64,000 nt of DNA from a virus. The stretch spans positions 32,001 through 96,000 of IMG/VR virus record IMGVR_UViG_3300045988_107970. One strand, given 5' to 3'. Position numbers and translations under genes: made by a program. Shown here piece after piece: positions 43,809 to 54,602 of the stretch (positions are counted from its first letter, which is position 1; every line of letters begins with the position of its first letter). The notes beneath the pieces were generated by a model, which was given only the letters and a program-made list of their open reading frames with translations, was not told the origin of the DNA and ran no database searches.

Positions 43809-45182
43809 TTAGGCAGTAACCTTAGCAGCGAAAAGACCGTCAATCTCTTCGTTAGTAATGGCAACAAAGCCATCGCCGACCTTGGTTTCAAGAGCGGAGA
43901 TGCGATCGCCATGAGAGCTTAAAGTAGTAGTATGACCACCAACAGTAGTGGTAAGACCAGCAATGTCGGTCTTGTTCTTATCAGCGGTAGCCTGAGCGTC
44001 AGTACCAGCCTTCTTAGCATCGGCGATCGCCACAGTAACCTTGCCGTCAGCAGCGATGGCGGCCTGAAGGTCATCAACATCCTTCTCGGCGGTAGTTACG
44101 CGAGTTGTGAGAGCGGTAACATCAGAAGCAGCAGCCTTAGAAGCCACAACATCCTTAAGCGCATCTATATCGCCCTGAGCCTTATCAGCAGCACTCTGAG
44201 CGGTGGTAATCTTACCATCGAGAGCGCCGTCTGCGGCAACACGAGCGTCAGTCTCGACCTTAACGGCGGCTTCAATCTGCTTTGCGACAGAACCATCGCC
44301 ATCGCCAAGTTTGGCTTCGACAGCCTTAACCCTCGTATCAAGACCGCCCTCGACACCAGCAGCGCGAGTCTTTTCAGCGTCAACAAGCTCCTTGATATAG
44401 GCTACAATAGTAGTAGCGGTGGCACCCTCGGGAATATCGCCAACCTTAGTCTTAAGAACAGAGATAGCTGTATTCATTGCAGAAGCATCGTCTGGGTGAT
44501 TCTGAATCCAAGCAGCAATTTCCTGAAGCGTGTTAAGACTATCCTTAGCATTTTCAGGAATGAGCTGCTTAGTAAGCTCCTCGTTGGCAATTGTACGAGC
44601 AGACTTACCAGTATCCTCGCCGATAAGCGTAGTAACCTTGCCCTCAACGGCATCAGCGCGACCAGAAAGGTTGGTGATGTTGCCCTCGGCAGCAGTAATC
44701 TTACCCTCGGCGGTGCCTACACGCTTTGTAAGAGCGGAAAGAGAAGCATCGGTTGCAATATCTGCGGTCTTCTCGTTTACGTAAGACACAACATCAGTGG
44801 AAGTTGCACCTTCGGGGATAGTGCCAACATAGGCCTTAAGGTTATCGGCAGCAGTCTGAGCAGCAGCGGCCTTAGCATCAGCAGCAGAAATCTTAGTCTC
44901 AAGACCAGCCTGAGCATCGGCAACAGCCTTAGCGACAGAACCCTCGGTCTTAGCATCGCCATTGAGCTTAGAGATAGCAGCGGTATTGGTCTTCACCTGA
45001 CCATTGGCAAGCTCCTGAACCTTAGTCTCGGCAGTGCCAGCGGCATCATAATTTCCAGCAAGACTATCTGCGTAGTCCTTAGCCGACTTAAGGGCAGCGG
45101 CATCCTTAGAATCAATTACAGCCTTAATCTTCTCGTCATAACGAGTAAGACCAGTTAGATCAATATACTTCTTTTCGGCCAT
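43809..45182 (-). CDS. Ala-rich coiled-coil fibre protein
   Basis: 457 aa with an N-terminal YIDLTGLTRYDEKIK fibre-type start. Internal duplication VGTIPEGATSTDVVSYVNE / VGDIPEGATATTIVAYIKE. The region is visibly more GC-rich than its surroundings. Confidence 0.6.
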   Translation of the reverse strand: MAEKKYIDLTGLTRYDEKIKAVIDSKDAAALKSAKDYADSLAGNYDAAGTAETKVQELANGQVKTNTAAISKLNGDAKTEGSVAKAVADAQAGLETKISAADAKAAAAQTAADNLKAYVGTIPEGATSTDVVSYVNEKTADIATDASLSALTKRVGTAEGKITAAEGNITNLSGRADAVEGKVTTLIGEDTGKSARTIANEELTKQLIPENAKDSLNTLQEIAAWIQNHPDDASAMNTAISVLKTKVGDIPEGATATTIVAYIKELVDAEKTRAAGVEGGLDTRVKAVEAKLGDGDGSVAKQIEAAVKVETDARVAADGALDGKITTAQSAADKAQGDIDALKDVVASKAAASDVTALTTRVTTAEKDVDDLQAAIAADGKVTVAIADAKKAGTDAQATADKNKTDIAGLTTTVGGHTTTLSSHGDRISALETKVGDGFVAITNEEIDGLFAAKVTA

Positions 45183-45193
45183 AAATTTTCCTC

Positions 45194-45685
45194 CTATTTA
45201 AAAAGAGAATCAATATCATCATTTGTGACGGTATCGATAGACCCGCCACCAGAACCATCTGTTTTGTTCGCCACCACGACATATGAATTCGCGGCCTTAT
45301 CATAAACAGATATTTCTTTTTTTGTTTTGTCAACATATAGTGTTTTTTCTTTGGCTTGCCCCAATTCTGGCAGTTCAGCACCTATGAATACTATATCATC
45401 TGGCTTAGTTGTTATCTGAGTCCAGCCGTTATCGTATCGCCAAAGAATAGCAGTTTCGATAACAAAATAGTATCCATCAGACGGGGAGGAAGTTGACATC
45501 CTCTCGTAATCTGTTTCCAACTCCGTGATTTGATTATAGAATGTTCTTTTGTCATTCCAGTCAAACGCAATTCTACGCTTGTCTTTTATAAATACAAGCT
45601 GACCATTCTGAATCAACAAACTAGACAGTCTTTCGGAGGTAGTCACAACGACTGACATTGGGGCTTTATTCGCCGTATCTGCCAT
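45194..45685 (-). CDS. hypothetical structural protein
   Basis: 163-aa ORF with GGAGG RBS. Confidence 0.45.
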   Translation of the reverse strand: MADTANKAPMSVVVTTSERLSSLLIQNGQLVFIKDKRRIAFDWNDKRTFYNQITELETDYERMSTSSPSDGYYFVIETAILWRYDNGWTQITTKPDDIVFIGAELPELGQAKEKTLYVDKTKKEISVYDKAANSYVVVANKTDGSGGGSIDTVTNDDIDSLFK

Positions 45686-45709
45686 ATTTTATTACCTCCA
45701 AAATCAGGG

Positions 45710-46069
45710 TTAAAACTCTACTACGTCAACACTCACGCCAGCAACGGTATCGGCATAATCCTTTGCAGACTGTAGGGTTTTCTCTTGGACTTTCGGCAGA
45801 ACGGAATTTGCGACAATCTTGATAGCTTCCTCTAGCGTCTTGCCAGCGACAATCTTGTTGCCATCAGTCTCATCAAAGCTATCGACAGACGAGACAACAA
45901 TATCTTCCTGAGTGCGAGGAGTGTTGATAACAGTATTCTTGCTCTTGTCTAGCCAAGCGATTTCGCCATCGTCAAGATAAAGAATATCATACTCGTCAAT
46001 CATCCCATTGGTTTTAGCAGTCTCAATATTGGCCTTGCTACCGAATGCGTTCTTTGATTTAATCGCCAT
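45710..46069 (-). CDS. hypothetical structural protein
   Basis: 119-aa ORF with AAGGAGG RBS. Confidence 0.45.
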   Translation of the reverse strand: MAIKSKNAFGSKANIETAKTNGMIDEYDILYLDDGEIAWLDKSKNTVINTPRTQEDIVVSSVDSFDETDGNKIVAGKTLEEAIKIVANSVLPKVQEKTLQSAKDYADTVAGVSVDVVEF

Positions 46070-46153
46070 ACAGTACCTCCTTTTATTGTGTTAGCAGTTA
46101 CATATTAAAGCAGCCATATCGACTATTTTTTCAAAAAGAATGGTGGTATATAT

Positions 46154-46282
46154 CTATTTTCCCAAGATATATATCATTTCGTCTTTCGTTATTTTATTGT
46201 TATTGTATAAAGAAACAACCTTTGTCTCTTTAATGGTGTGGTTGTCATATAGGCGCTTTAAAGACTCTACAAACTGATTCAT
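46154..46282 (-). CDS. XkdX-like small phage protein (42 aa)
   Basis: ATG directly follows the upstream TAA. The C-terminal ITKDEMIYILGK resembles the XkdX family pattern. Not in the track. Confidence 0.4.
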   Translation of the reverse strand: MNQFVESLKRLYDNHTIKETKVVSLYNNNKITKDEMIYILGK

Positions 46283-46597
46283 TTAAATCACCCCATCGCT
46301 TAATAGCATAGCTGTATATGCGTCAATAATTTCCTCTGGGGTTTTCATATTAAGAACCTTTAGCTGTTCATATTCGTATTCGTCAACCTCTTCCAATTGA
46401 ACGGTATCATATCCGTCAACTGGAATTCGATATAACGATTCTTCATGCCAAATATGTTTGCCATCAGAAGAATAGATAGCCTGCGCTTCCTCTTCATCGC
46501 AGAATATCATACGGTCATACTTCTCCTGATACTTTAGGTATATGAGTCTGTCAAGCACATCAACAACTTTGCCGTCTTTTACGACCTTGTAGAACAT
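46283..46597 (-). CDS. hypothetical protein
   Basis: 104-aa ORF. Confidence 0.4.
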   Translation of the reverse strand: MFYKVVKDGKVVDVLDRLIYLKYQEKYDRMIFCDEEEAQAIYSSDGKHIWHEESLYRIPVDGYDTVQLEEVDEYEYEQLKVLNMKTPEEIIDAYTAMLLSDGVI

Positions 46598-46653
46598 GCG
46601 CTCACCTCATTAAAAAGGGTGTCACATATTTCAGTGACACCCTTGCAATATAA

Positions 46654-49600
46654 TTAGAAAGAAATCTCAATCAATACGCCGTTTTGTGTTCCAGCTGTAT
46701 TGAATCCATATAGATCGCCCTGCTCGTTTACCGTATAGATATAATTTGTATACGAAACGTTCTGTGAGCGAGTCCAGTAAGGCGTGTAATCGCCATCGAC
46801 AGCTGCACGCTTCCTAGCATCATTAGATGTCATATAAGAAATGATTTCACCCTCGTTAACAAATGGCTCTCCGCTGACTTCATATGAATTACTAAGCTCG
46901 ATAGCGGCAGGAATGGAGACGTAGCATTGAGATGCGCTAAGCTCTTTTGATCCATTGCCGATAGAAGAGTTAACCGTGACCTGCTTAATGAGAAGTTTAA
47001 TCTTTACAGGCAATGCTTCATAGAATCTTGTATTCAAGAAACTATTCAGGTCAGAGCTAGTCCAACCGCCAGCGTTGCTTCCGTTCTCATTAAATACGCG
47101 CTTTCTGTCAAGAAGGTGCTTTGCAAGCAAGCTGAACGTACAACGCTTAGACGGCTCATTGCTGAGATAGTATTTTTTAAAACTACATACCTCAAGCGCT
47201 ATGTTCTCATGCGGCCAACCAGCGAGCTTCTTGCAGACTGCATCGCCAAGGTCTTCGTACCAAATCTTGCTCCAATACACGTTGCCGACAGCATAGTTCT
47301 CATATGCGCCATCGTCAGCCTTAGAACAGCCGAATACAAGAGTGCTATCTATGATTGTTGACTTTGTTCTTTCAAGCTTTATAATATCGGGTTCGCCGCC
47401 ATTAAGGTTAGAATAATATACATAGATATTATTGTCACCTTTTTTGTGTCTAAGTACAACCATGTCACGGCTGCCAACAGAACCAGCACTAGTCGAAGAC
47501 GTACCCCAGCTCATCTTGATTCCGCTATTAGACCACAACTTAAATCCGTTTGAACCATTTGACTGGAAACATTGGGCAAGGACGCTTTTTTCAGATGTGC
47601 CGCTTAAGAATTTATAATCAATTGCCAATACGAAATCTTTGTCGGTATCAAAAAGCTTGATTCCTGTATCAACATAATTCTTGCCAGCAAAAACGGTTTT
47701 CTCAGAGATAACTGTTTTCGATGTGATATCATCATAATCAATATCATATCCCATATTAAACGAATATGCGTCACCAGCCTGAATGTTGGCACCAGAATTA
47801 TCAAGACCTAGTTTTGTAATGGCATAAACCTCAACAGGTCGCATATCCTTTAGCTCTTTGCCAGCAAGGGCAGTTGGAGTATATGTAAACGTATCGAATA
47901 TTGCATTTACGGTCTTATCTCCGTCAATAAAACCGCTCTTATCCCACCTATCAAACATATAATATTTATATGCGTTTTCCTCAAGGGTGTAAGTGGGAAT
48001 TGCACCAGTGTATTCAACATTCTCACCATACAGTCCAGTAGATTCCTGAAGCGTCACGCCACGCGAGACATATTTAATCGTATAGCGTCTCGTTGTCTCA
48101 CTATACGTTGCCTTGATTGTCCTGTCACTGAAGATGTTAGTCAACGGCAAATCCCATGCTTCAAACGTAAAGTCTGTGCTTACGGAGCTTGGCTTGGTGG
48201 GCGTGTCGATAGGATTGTCTACTCTCGTTATCGGGTCAACGGCATTGCCGCCCTTATCGACATACTGCGTATCAAGAACAGCATCATCATAGTTTACGAA
48301 CTTGACAATAAACTGTTCAACCATCGTATTGAATACAATCTCTAAATCAGGCCACGCTTCCTGATAGTCATAGAGCTGCTGCTGCTTTACAATCGGGACA
48401 TGAACCGTGCCAGATAACACAGCCACGTCAACGTTGTATCCGTTCTTGTCGATACCAGCCATCTTATAGATTCTATCGAGAAGGGATGTATCGTCAAGAG
48501 TCCAGTCAATACCGATGATTCTTGCCCTGCTGACATTTCTGGCTTTATCGAGTAGGTCTTTGATGTCTACCGTATTGCAGTTCTCTATGATGAGAGTGGA
48601 GATTGAATCGTACCCAGCAATAGAAAGATTTGTTAGATACATTAGATTCTTCATGTTGATAGACGTAAGAGTAGCAGGCAATTGAGCCAACCTAATGCTA
48701 CCACCGCTTGCAAATAGAACGCCCCTCAGCCCAGAACCAGAAGCATAAAGCTCCTCAAGATTCATGCACTTTGAGAAGTCCAAGCTGCTTATGAGATTGG
48801 GCGTATTCCTGATATCAAGTTTCTCAAGAAGCTTATTGTTTCCGATGACCAAGTTCGTCAAGAAGGTATTGGAGTATCCTTCTGTGGCATTACCGATAAT
48901 CAACTCTTTTAGCTTTTCAGCCTTGGAGAAGTCGTTGTCATGTATGTAGCAGGCAGATATATCGCCGACAGATTGAATTCTTGACGCACCGTAGATAAGA
49001 ACTGCGGTATCATCCATTGTATCATAGGGACACTTGATGTCGTACTGCTTGCCAGCCTTCGCCCTTACCTGAGTAGGCGTTGAGTTACCGAACATGACGG
49101 ACAGATACATATCCGAGAACGGCGTAAGGTGGAGCGTGTAGTTTGGCGCAACAACGGCATCCTTTGGCGTATTGCATCTAAACATAATCTGGTCAGATGT
49201 AGCTGTATTGCCGATGAACTTGGTAGCCATATACATCTCTTGATCGCGCTCAAACTGTCTACGCTGATACTTCTTCTTACCATTCATCATCTGTTCAAGG
49301 AATCGAGTGTTGCCGTCTTTATAAGGACGCTCATACTTGCGCACGTAGTCAACGCGCCAAAGCTCTTCGCACCACTCGTTCTGCTTCTCATCGAACTGAT
49401 TGATAAGAGAAGATGCACTCCAACAGTTTTTACTTTCGCGGCTTACATACATCTTCTGAAGGTCGGAACCCATTAGATCACGGACGCGACAGAAGAACAC
49501 TGACTCGGCTGCGTTAAACACATAGCCAGAAGATTGATCTCCCTCTGTGCGGTAGTCAGTATCTTCCTTGCCATAAGTCATTGTAAGCTCGCCGCTGTTG

Positions 49601-52600
49601 TTAATACCCAAAGCCGAGTCGTTATCATAGTCCCATAAATCAAAGCGGTATCCGTTATTGATTCCAGCAGCAGCATCATCAACCGTATAGTAAGCAGCTT
49701 TATCGCCAAGCGTTGTCGCTTCGGCTGTTGTGATATAATGCTTAGCCCAGTGCCAGAAAGTATTCTTACTTCTGTTGTCTATCATCGTATATCTAAGCGT
49801 GAATAGATAGAAGTATGTAGCAGAATCAACAACAAACCAATTCTTGAGATTGTTCTTGAATTCCTCATCTGTAGATGTAATTACGAACTCATAGAAGTCT
49901 CGCCAAATCTGTTTATTCTTCGTTCTGATTTTAGTCTTTTCCTCGCTGCTTGAAATAGCTTCGCCGTCTTTTGAGTCTCCGCAACAATCGTACCTAAACT
50001 CAAACGAACCATCCCAATCATTATACAAAGCGTCATATGCTGTATTGCCAGCAACCCATTCAGCTTTTGTGATAGGATATTTCATAGAACCATCAGGATT
50101 GGCAACGCCAGTTTGGAAGATGGAATTAGGCAATGTATTATCGCTAATCTCAACAGCGAATTCTTTCATATCGTCTGGGTCATACGCTCTTGTAACATCT
50201 GTCTTCTTAGAGTCACCGATGTTGCCCAAGGCGTAGAAATGCCATGAGGTATCTTGGAATTCCCTGTGTGTAGTTAAATCTGTGTCGCTTTCCTTAATGA
50301 ACACAACGCAGTTAACGAACTCCATGTCGTTCTTAATCTTAGAATCTCTACGAGTTGCAGGAGTAGCATATGGGATATAATCATTATATCTCTTCTGAAG
50401 ATATGCGTTGTTCACCATCTCGGAGCTTGCGATATTGACTTTGACGTTGAACCAGTTATTAGGCACAGAGGTTCTAGTAAGGGCAATCTTGCCAGAGCCG
50501 TCAGTAACAACACTACCATCGCCAAGCGTAAGCTTTGTAATATAATTTGGGTCTAGCTCAATCTTGCTACTCACCTGATGCTTGCCATCAAAACCAGCAA
50601 TAAGGTCGATGTTACGACCAGCTGCACCATACTCATTTGATGTAGTGCCTTGTCCAGAATGATAGCAATTCTCAAACTTCCAGTTGTCAAGAACTGCGTC
50701 ACCATTCTTATAGATGCATTCGAAAGATGTATTGGCTACAAAGTCCTTCTTGTTATTGGTGAAATGCGGAGCTTCAATCTTGATAACACGCATATTAGGA
50801 CAAGCATTGGCAACAGACTCAGGAGTCAAAAGCTTGTTCTCATCATAAATCTGGTTACGTGTATAGCGAGCAATCATCTCGGTTGCAGTACGTGCATCCG
50901 CAATAAAATTAGACAAAATTGCCGAGCTTGTAAGGCTTGTATTATATGCCTTCATACGATAAATCAAAACATCGCAATCAGGAGAGCCAATGGTAATCGG
51001 TACGGGAGAGTCCTGAGTAAATGAATAATCGCCTGTATAGCTCATAGGACGGCACGGCGTACCATCTTCATAAGACATGACAATGGGAATGTCGGTATCC
51101 TTATTGATATTGAACTCCCACTCGATAACATCTTCCTCGCTATACGGGATATACAAAGACTTCGCACTTGATTTAATGTATGCTTCATGTACATTCATCT
51201 GAAGGCCGACATTAGACGTAGTACCAGACTGACAAGTCAAGAACGTAGCATTACTCTTCGCAACGTTAGTTGTCTTGAAGATTAGCTTAAATTCCTTGCC
51301 ATTCTTCTTGGCATCATCTGCAAAAAGATTGTAAGAGATAGTTGCCGTAGTTCCAGCCTTAACGCCAAAGTATTGATCGCCATTATCGTCAATCTGATAT
51401 CCGCCATTAACCCAGTCGAAATTATCAGATACGGTCATAGCGACATCGCCATCAGACCACAATCTATCGGTGTCGTTATTAGACTTACCAACAGGATTGA
51501 AATCAAATGCAAGACCAGCAACAACAGGCTCAACATCAATATCGAGCTTTTCAACATTTACCGTTAAGGTCTTAACAGTATCACGACAAGTAATAGTAAG
51601 TGTATGTGCGCCAATGTCAGAAGACTTAAACTGCCATGTCTGAGTATTATTATCAATTGTCAGTGTTGAGACGGTTTTTCCGTCAACGGCTAGAGTTACT
51701 TGTGGAGTTTCAGTAGATGGGTCGTATACAGTATACACAATGTTTGTTGTGTCATACTGTTTAGCCGTAAACTTCTGCTTAACACATCCAATTACAGGCT
51801 TGTCACTTGTTGAATCATACCAAATAATATCTTTAACAATATGATTGGATTCAATTGCCTTACCGTTGACTTCTGCCGTCATGTACACTTCGAGTAAATG
51901 AGCGCCATGTGTCTGAGCAGGAAGGTCATACGCCAAGGGGACACCAGAAACAGCAGTATCTACAGTTCCGATTTCATTACCGTCTAAAATAAAATGAACC
52001 TTCTTTTGAATAGCGCCATAAGGAGTGTAATCAAAAGAAACTTTTCCAATGGGGTATGTAAAGCTGTCATTAAAAGAAGATTCAAGCCTGACATCAACCC
52101 TTTGAACAGTCCAAGTCTTAGTTACAAGACTGCCAGCGTCATCAACAATACTAAGATTGACCTTGTGTGTACCAACTGTAATATGGTCGGTAATATCAAA
52201 AGAGTTTTCACCAGACGCAGCGGTATTCGTAGCAACAATAGAACCGTCAACTTTCCATGTCGCAGTACCATCGCCGCCAACATCGCCAGAAGAGTCGGTT
52301 CTAGAGAAGTTGTACTTGATAATAATCTTATCGTCTAACGTTGCCACAACGGGGGTTGTTGTGATATATGTAATCTTCAGGATGCTGCTGGTTCCGCCAC
52401 CGCCACCGCCGCCTTGAATCTTGAACTGAGCTTTTGCTTCTTTTTTTTCGTCCGACTTGCCCTCGTTTTGAATTTCCCAAAGGGTATAAGTATGCTCTTC
52501 ATCGTATGTGGCATCATATGTTAAACGAGGAGAAGTATCAAGACCATTAATGGTTTCTTCAAATTTAGCAACCTTATCGCCAAGCTTGGTCACATTTTCC

Positions 52601-53787
52601 TTATTTGCATTTGCGGTAGATGTCACAGAAGCAACATTGGTGTTGGTCGTATTAAGACTTGCTTTTGTCGCAAACTTCTCGTCTGCTTCTGTTTTAGCGT
52701 CATTAATCTTTTTGTCAACACCAGCTGTGTATTGCGTAGTCCATTCCTCGGTTGGGTCGCTTGTGATTTGAATTGCTTTCATCACAGTTTCGCCATTGTA
52801 GAACGTCATCTTACTGCCATCGTATGTGACATTGAACTTAGCAAGACCATCTAAGTTAGCAATTTGCTGCTTCACTTCATCAAGTTGGTCAGAGATATCA
52901 ATATTTTTAACAATATTGTCAACCTGAGTCTTGGTATAATAAGAAGATAACGCGGTGGCTACTTTATCATTCACAGCAGAAGAGACAGTTCCTTCAAGCT
53001 GAGTCTTTGCGGTATCAACAACCTGCTGTGCTTTGTTTGCAGATGCTTCTGCTTTATCAGCGTAATCAGAGATACCGTCAACAGTTGTCTTTGCTTCCTG
53101 CGCATAGCGCTGAGCTTCTGCAACCTTCTCATTTACCTGAGTCATAAAGCTGGTAATCCATGTGTTATCAGGCTCAATGGCTCCGTTGCCAGCAAGAGAC
53201 TTAAGTACGCTCAGCTGGTTGTTCGGCTTTGTCTTCCAAACATACTCATCGCCCTTTGAGTTTACGCCAGATGCAATAATCTCAAACTCAAGAGTGCCTT
53301 CAACGGCAGTTGCATTCTTACCAACAAGCCAACCGAATCTAATATACTCATCATTATAATATACATTTACAACGTTGCTACGGTCTTCATATCCGTCTTT
53401 ATTGACATAATGAATAATAATGGTTGTGTTAAGAAGGTCAAAGCCATCATATCTACGTGGCATCTTAAATGGGATATATTGCGAATTCGATTCTTGCGTA
53501 AGGTTAATTTGCTTCTTATCAATTAAGACATTCTTTACATCATCAACATTTGAAATGTTCTCATCTGAATACTCTTCGTAATACAGGTAATTACTGCTGC
53601 GAGTCCAACCTTCTAACGAATTAGAGTTCACAGCGACAGCGGATTCATCATCAAGAGATGTAAGAGAGATATCATCATATACTGGCACATCATCATCAAG
53701 AGACATAAGAGAGATATTATTATCCATCATTCTTGCATTGTTATTTTCTTTAGCTTTATTTAACGAATCTTTAAAAGATAAACCCAT
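46654..53787 (-). CDS. giant (2377 aa) fibre/adhesin-like virion protein with LRR and InlB B-repeat modules
   Basis: AGGAGG RBS and ATG 53787. An LRR-like block (LKELIIGN...LEKLDIRNTPNL...LEELYASGSGL...LTNLSIAGYDSISTL). Two List-Bact repeats (FIVKFVNYDD..., YTIKYVSRGV...FDRWD). Ig-like beta-rich segments. C-terminal YWTRS-type domain. Confidence 0.6.
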   Translation of the reverse strand: MGLSFKDSLNKAKENNNARMMDNNISLMSLDDDVPVYDDISLTSLDDESAVAVNSNSLEGWTRSSNYLYYEEYSDENISNVDDVKNVLIDKKQINLTQESNSQYIPFKMPRRYDGFDLLNTTIIIHYVNKDGYEDRSNVVNVYYNDEYIRFGWLVGKNATAVEGTLEFEIIASGVNSKGDEYVWKTKPNNQLSVLKSLAGNGAIEPDNTWITSFMTQVNEKVAEAQRYAQEAKTTVDGISDYADKAEASANKAQQVVDTAKTQLEGTVSSAVNDKVATALSSYYTKTQVDNIVKNIDISDQLDEVKQQIANLDGLAKFNVTYDGSKMTFYNGETVMKAIQITSDPTEEWTTQYTAGVDKKINDAKTEADEKFATKASLNTTNTNVASVTSTANANKENVTKLGDKVAKFEETINGLDTSPRLTYDATYDEEHTYTLWEIQNEGKSDEKKEAKAQFKIQGGGGGGGTSSILKITYITTTPVVATLDDKIIIKYNFSRTDSSGDVGGDGTATWKVDGSIVATNTAASGENSFDITDHITVGTHKVNLSIVDDAGSLVTKTWTVQRVDVRLESSFNDSFTYPIGKVSFDYTPYGAIQKKVHFILDGNEIGTVDTAVSGVPLAYDLPAQTHGAHLLEVYMTAEVNGKAIESNHIVKDIIWYDSTSDKPVIGCVKQKFTAKQYDTTNIVYTVYDPSTETPQVTLAVDGKTVSTLTIDNNTQTWQFKSSDIGAHTLTITCRDTVKTLTVNVEKLDIDVEPVVAGLAFDFNPVGKSNNDTDRLWSDGDVAMTVSDNFDWVNGGYQIDDNGDQYFGVKAGTTATISYNLFADDAKKNGKEFKLIFKTTNVAKSNATFLTCQSGTTSNVGLQMNVHEAYIKSSAKSLYIPYSEEDVIEWEFNINKDTDIPIVMSYEDGTPCRPMSYTGDYSFTQDSPVPITIGSPDCDVLIYRMKAYNTSLTSSAILSNFIADARTATEMIARYTRNQIYDENKLLTPESVANACPNMRVIKIEAPHFTNNKKDFVANTSFECIYKNGDAVLDNWKFENCYHSGQGTTSNEYGAAGRNIDLIAGFDGKHQVSSKIELDPNYITKLTLGDGSVVTDGSGKIALTRTSVPNNWFNVKVNIASSEMVNNAYLQKRYNDYIPYATPATRRDSKIKNDMEFVNCVVFIKESDTDLTTHREFQDTSWHFYALGNIGDSKKTDVTRAYDPDDMKEFAVEISDNTLPNSIFQTGVANPDGSMKYPITKAEWVAGNTAYDALYNDWDGSFEFRYDCCGDSKDGEAISSSEEKTKIRTKNKQIWRDFYEFVITSTDEEFKNNLKNWFVVDSATYFYLFTLRYTMIDNRSKNTFWHWAKHYITTAEATTLGDKAAYYTVDDAAAGINNGYRFDLWDYDNDSALGINNSGELTMTYGKEDTDYRTEGDQSSGYVFNAAESVFFCRVRDLMGSDLQKMYVSRESKNCWSASSLINQFDEKQNEWCEELWRVDYVRKYERPYKDGNTRFLEQMMNGKKKYQRRQFERDQEMYMATKFIGNTATSDQIMFRCNTPKDAVVAPNYTLHLTPFSDMYLSVMFGNSTPTQVRAKAGKQYDIKCPYDTMDDTAVLIYGASRIQSVGDISACYIHDNDFSKAEKLKELIIGNATEGYSNTFLTNLVIGNNKLLEKLDIRNTPNLISSLDFSKCMNLEELYASGSGLRGVLFASGGSIRLAQLPATLTSINMKNLMYLTNLSIAGYDSISTLIIENCNTVDIKDLLDKARNVSRARIIGIDWTLDDTSLLDRIYKMAGIDKNGYNVDVAVLSGTVHVPIVKQQQLYDYQEAWPDLEIVFNTMVEQFIVKFVNYDDAVLDTQYVDKGGNAVDPITRVDNPIDTPTKPSSVSTDFTFEAWDLPLTNIFSDRTIKATYSETTRRYTIKYVSRGVTLQESTGLYGENVEYTGAIPTYTLEENAYKYYMFDRWDKSGFIDGDKTVNAIFDTFTYTPTALAGKELKDMRPVEVYAITKLGLDNSGANIQAGDAYSFNMGYDIDYDDITSKTVISEKTVFAGKNYVDTGIKLFDTDKDFVLAIDYKFLSGTSEKSVLAQCFQSNGSNGFKLWSNSGIKMSWGTSSTSAGSVGSRDMVVLRHKKGDNNIYVYYSNLNGGEPDIIKLERTKSTIIDSTLVFGCSKADDGAYENYAVGNVYWSKIWYEDLGDAVCKKLAGWPHENIALEVCSFKKYYLSNEPSKRCTFSLLAKHLLDRKRVFNENGSNAGGWTSSDLNSFLNTRFYEALPVKIKLLIKQVTVNSSIGNGSKELSASQCYVSIPAAIELSNSYEVSGEPFVNEGEIISYMTSNDARKRAAVDGDYTPYWTRSQNVSYTNYIYTVNEQGDLYGFNTAGTQNGVLIEISF

Positions 53788-53864
53788 TGTCATCCTCCTT
53801 TCAAACAATAATAAAAAAGAGGATGACAAATCACCCTCATATTATTCAATAAATATAAGTGCAT

Positions 53865-54563
53865 TTAAAAACTGACAACCTTACGACTATCTGCCAACAG
53901 CTTTGCAACGTCTGCTCCAAGCCCAAGGTCTGAGAAGTCAATAGCAGTAGTGCCATCGGCACCGCCATCAACGTTAAGAGAAACCTCATCGCCAATCTTG
54001 TTTACACCAGATAGAAGCTGTAATGTTTGCTTATCTGCATCATACGCAATATTATCTGCCTTTGCTGCGTCATATGCATCGCCAAGATTAAGAAGCTCTT
54101 TGATTTGAGCGTCCATCTTGATAATCCTCTGGTCAAGCGCACCAAGAGCGCTATCTGGAACAATATCGCTCCATGCGCTAATAGGAACAATATTTAACTT
54201 TGCCGTGGAGGTCTTGCGAACACGCTGTACACTTTCTCCATTTTCATCCAAATCACTATAGATAAAAGTAAGCTGTAGTTCAACTTCACCAGTTTCAGCA
54301 GTTAACTTACTGTCAATAGGAACAACATATTTTAGATATTCCTGATATCCTTGTTCTGAAAGCTCAAGGATGTCACTATGATACTTCTTGCTAATAGGTA
54401 AAATATATTCCATCACAACGGTACAGGCACTCATATCGTAACCGTTGTATGTTGGTTCAGCAAGAAACCATAGATTGTTAAACAACTTTGACCTTTGCAT
54501 AATGCGTTCCTTTTTGCTTGCAGTCAAAGTATTGTCTTCATTTACTAAAATCACATAAGCCAT
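53865..54563 (-). CDS. hypothetical structural protein
   Basis: 232-aa ORF. Confidence 0.45.
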   Translation of the reverse strand: MAYVILVNEDNTLTASKKERIMQRSKLFNNLWFLAEPTYNGYDMSACTVVMEYILPISKKYHSDILELSEQGYQEYLKYVVPIDSKLTAETGEVELQLTFIYSDLDENGESVQRVRKTSTAKLNIVPISAWSDIVPDSALGALDQRIIKMDAQIKELLNLGDAYDAAKADNIAYDADKQTLQLLSGVNKIGDEVSLNVDGGADGTTAIDFSDLGLGADVAKLLADSRKVVSF

Positions 54564-54602
54564 AAAGACACCTCATTTCATAAAACATTCATTGTATATT
54601 TG

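Noticed and set aside
43932-45158. A 408-aa + strand ORF, plus 44203..44400 and 44530..44784.
   Set aside because: They are antisense to the Ala-rich fibre gene. Their products are low-complexity and Ser/Leu/Gly-rich, and they have no RBS. They are typical shadow ORFs of a GC-rich, Ala-rich coding strand.
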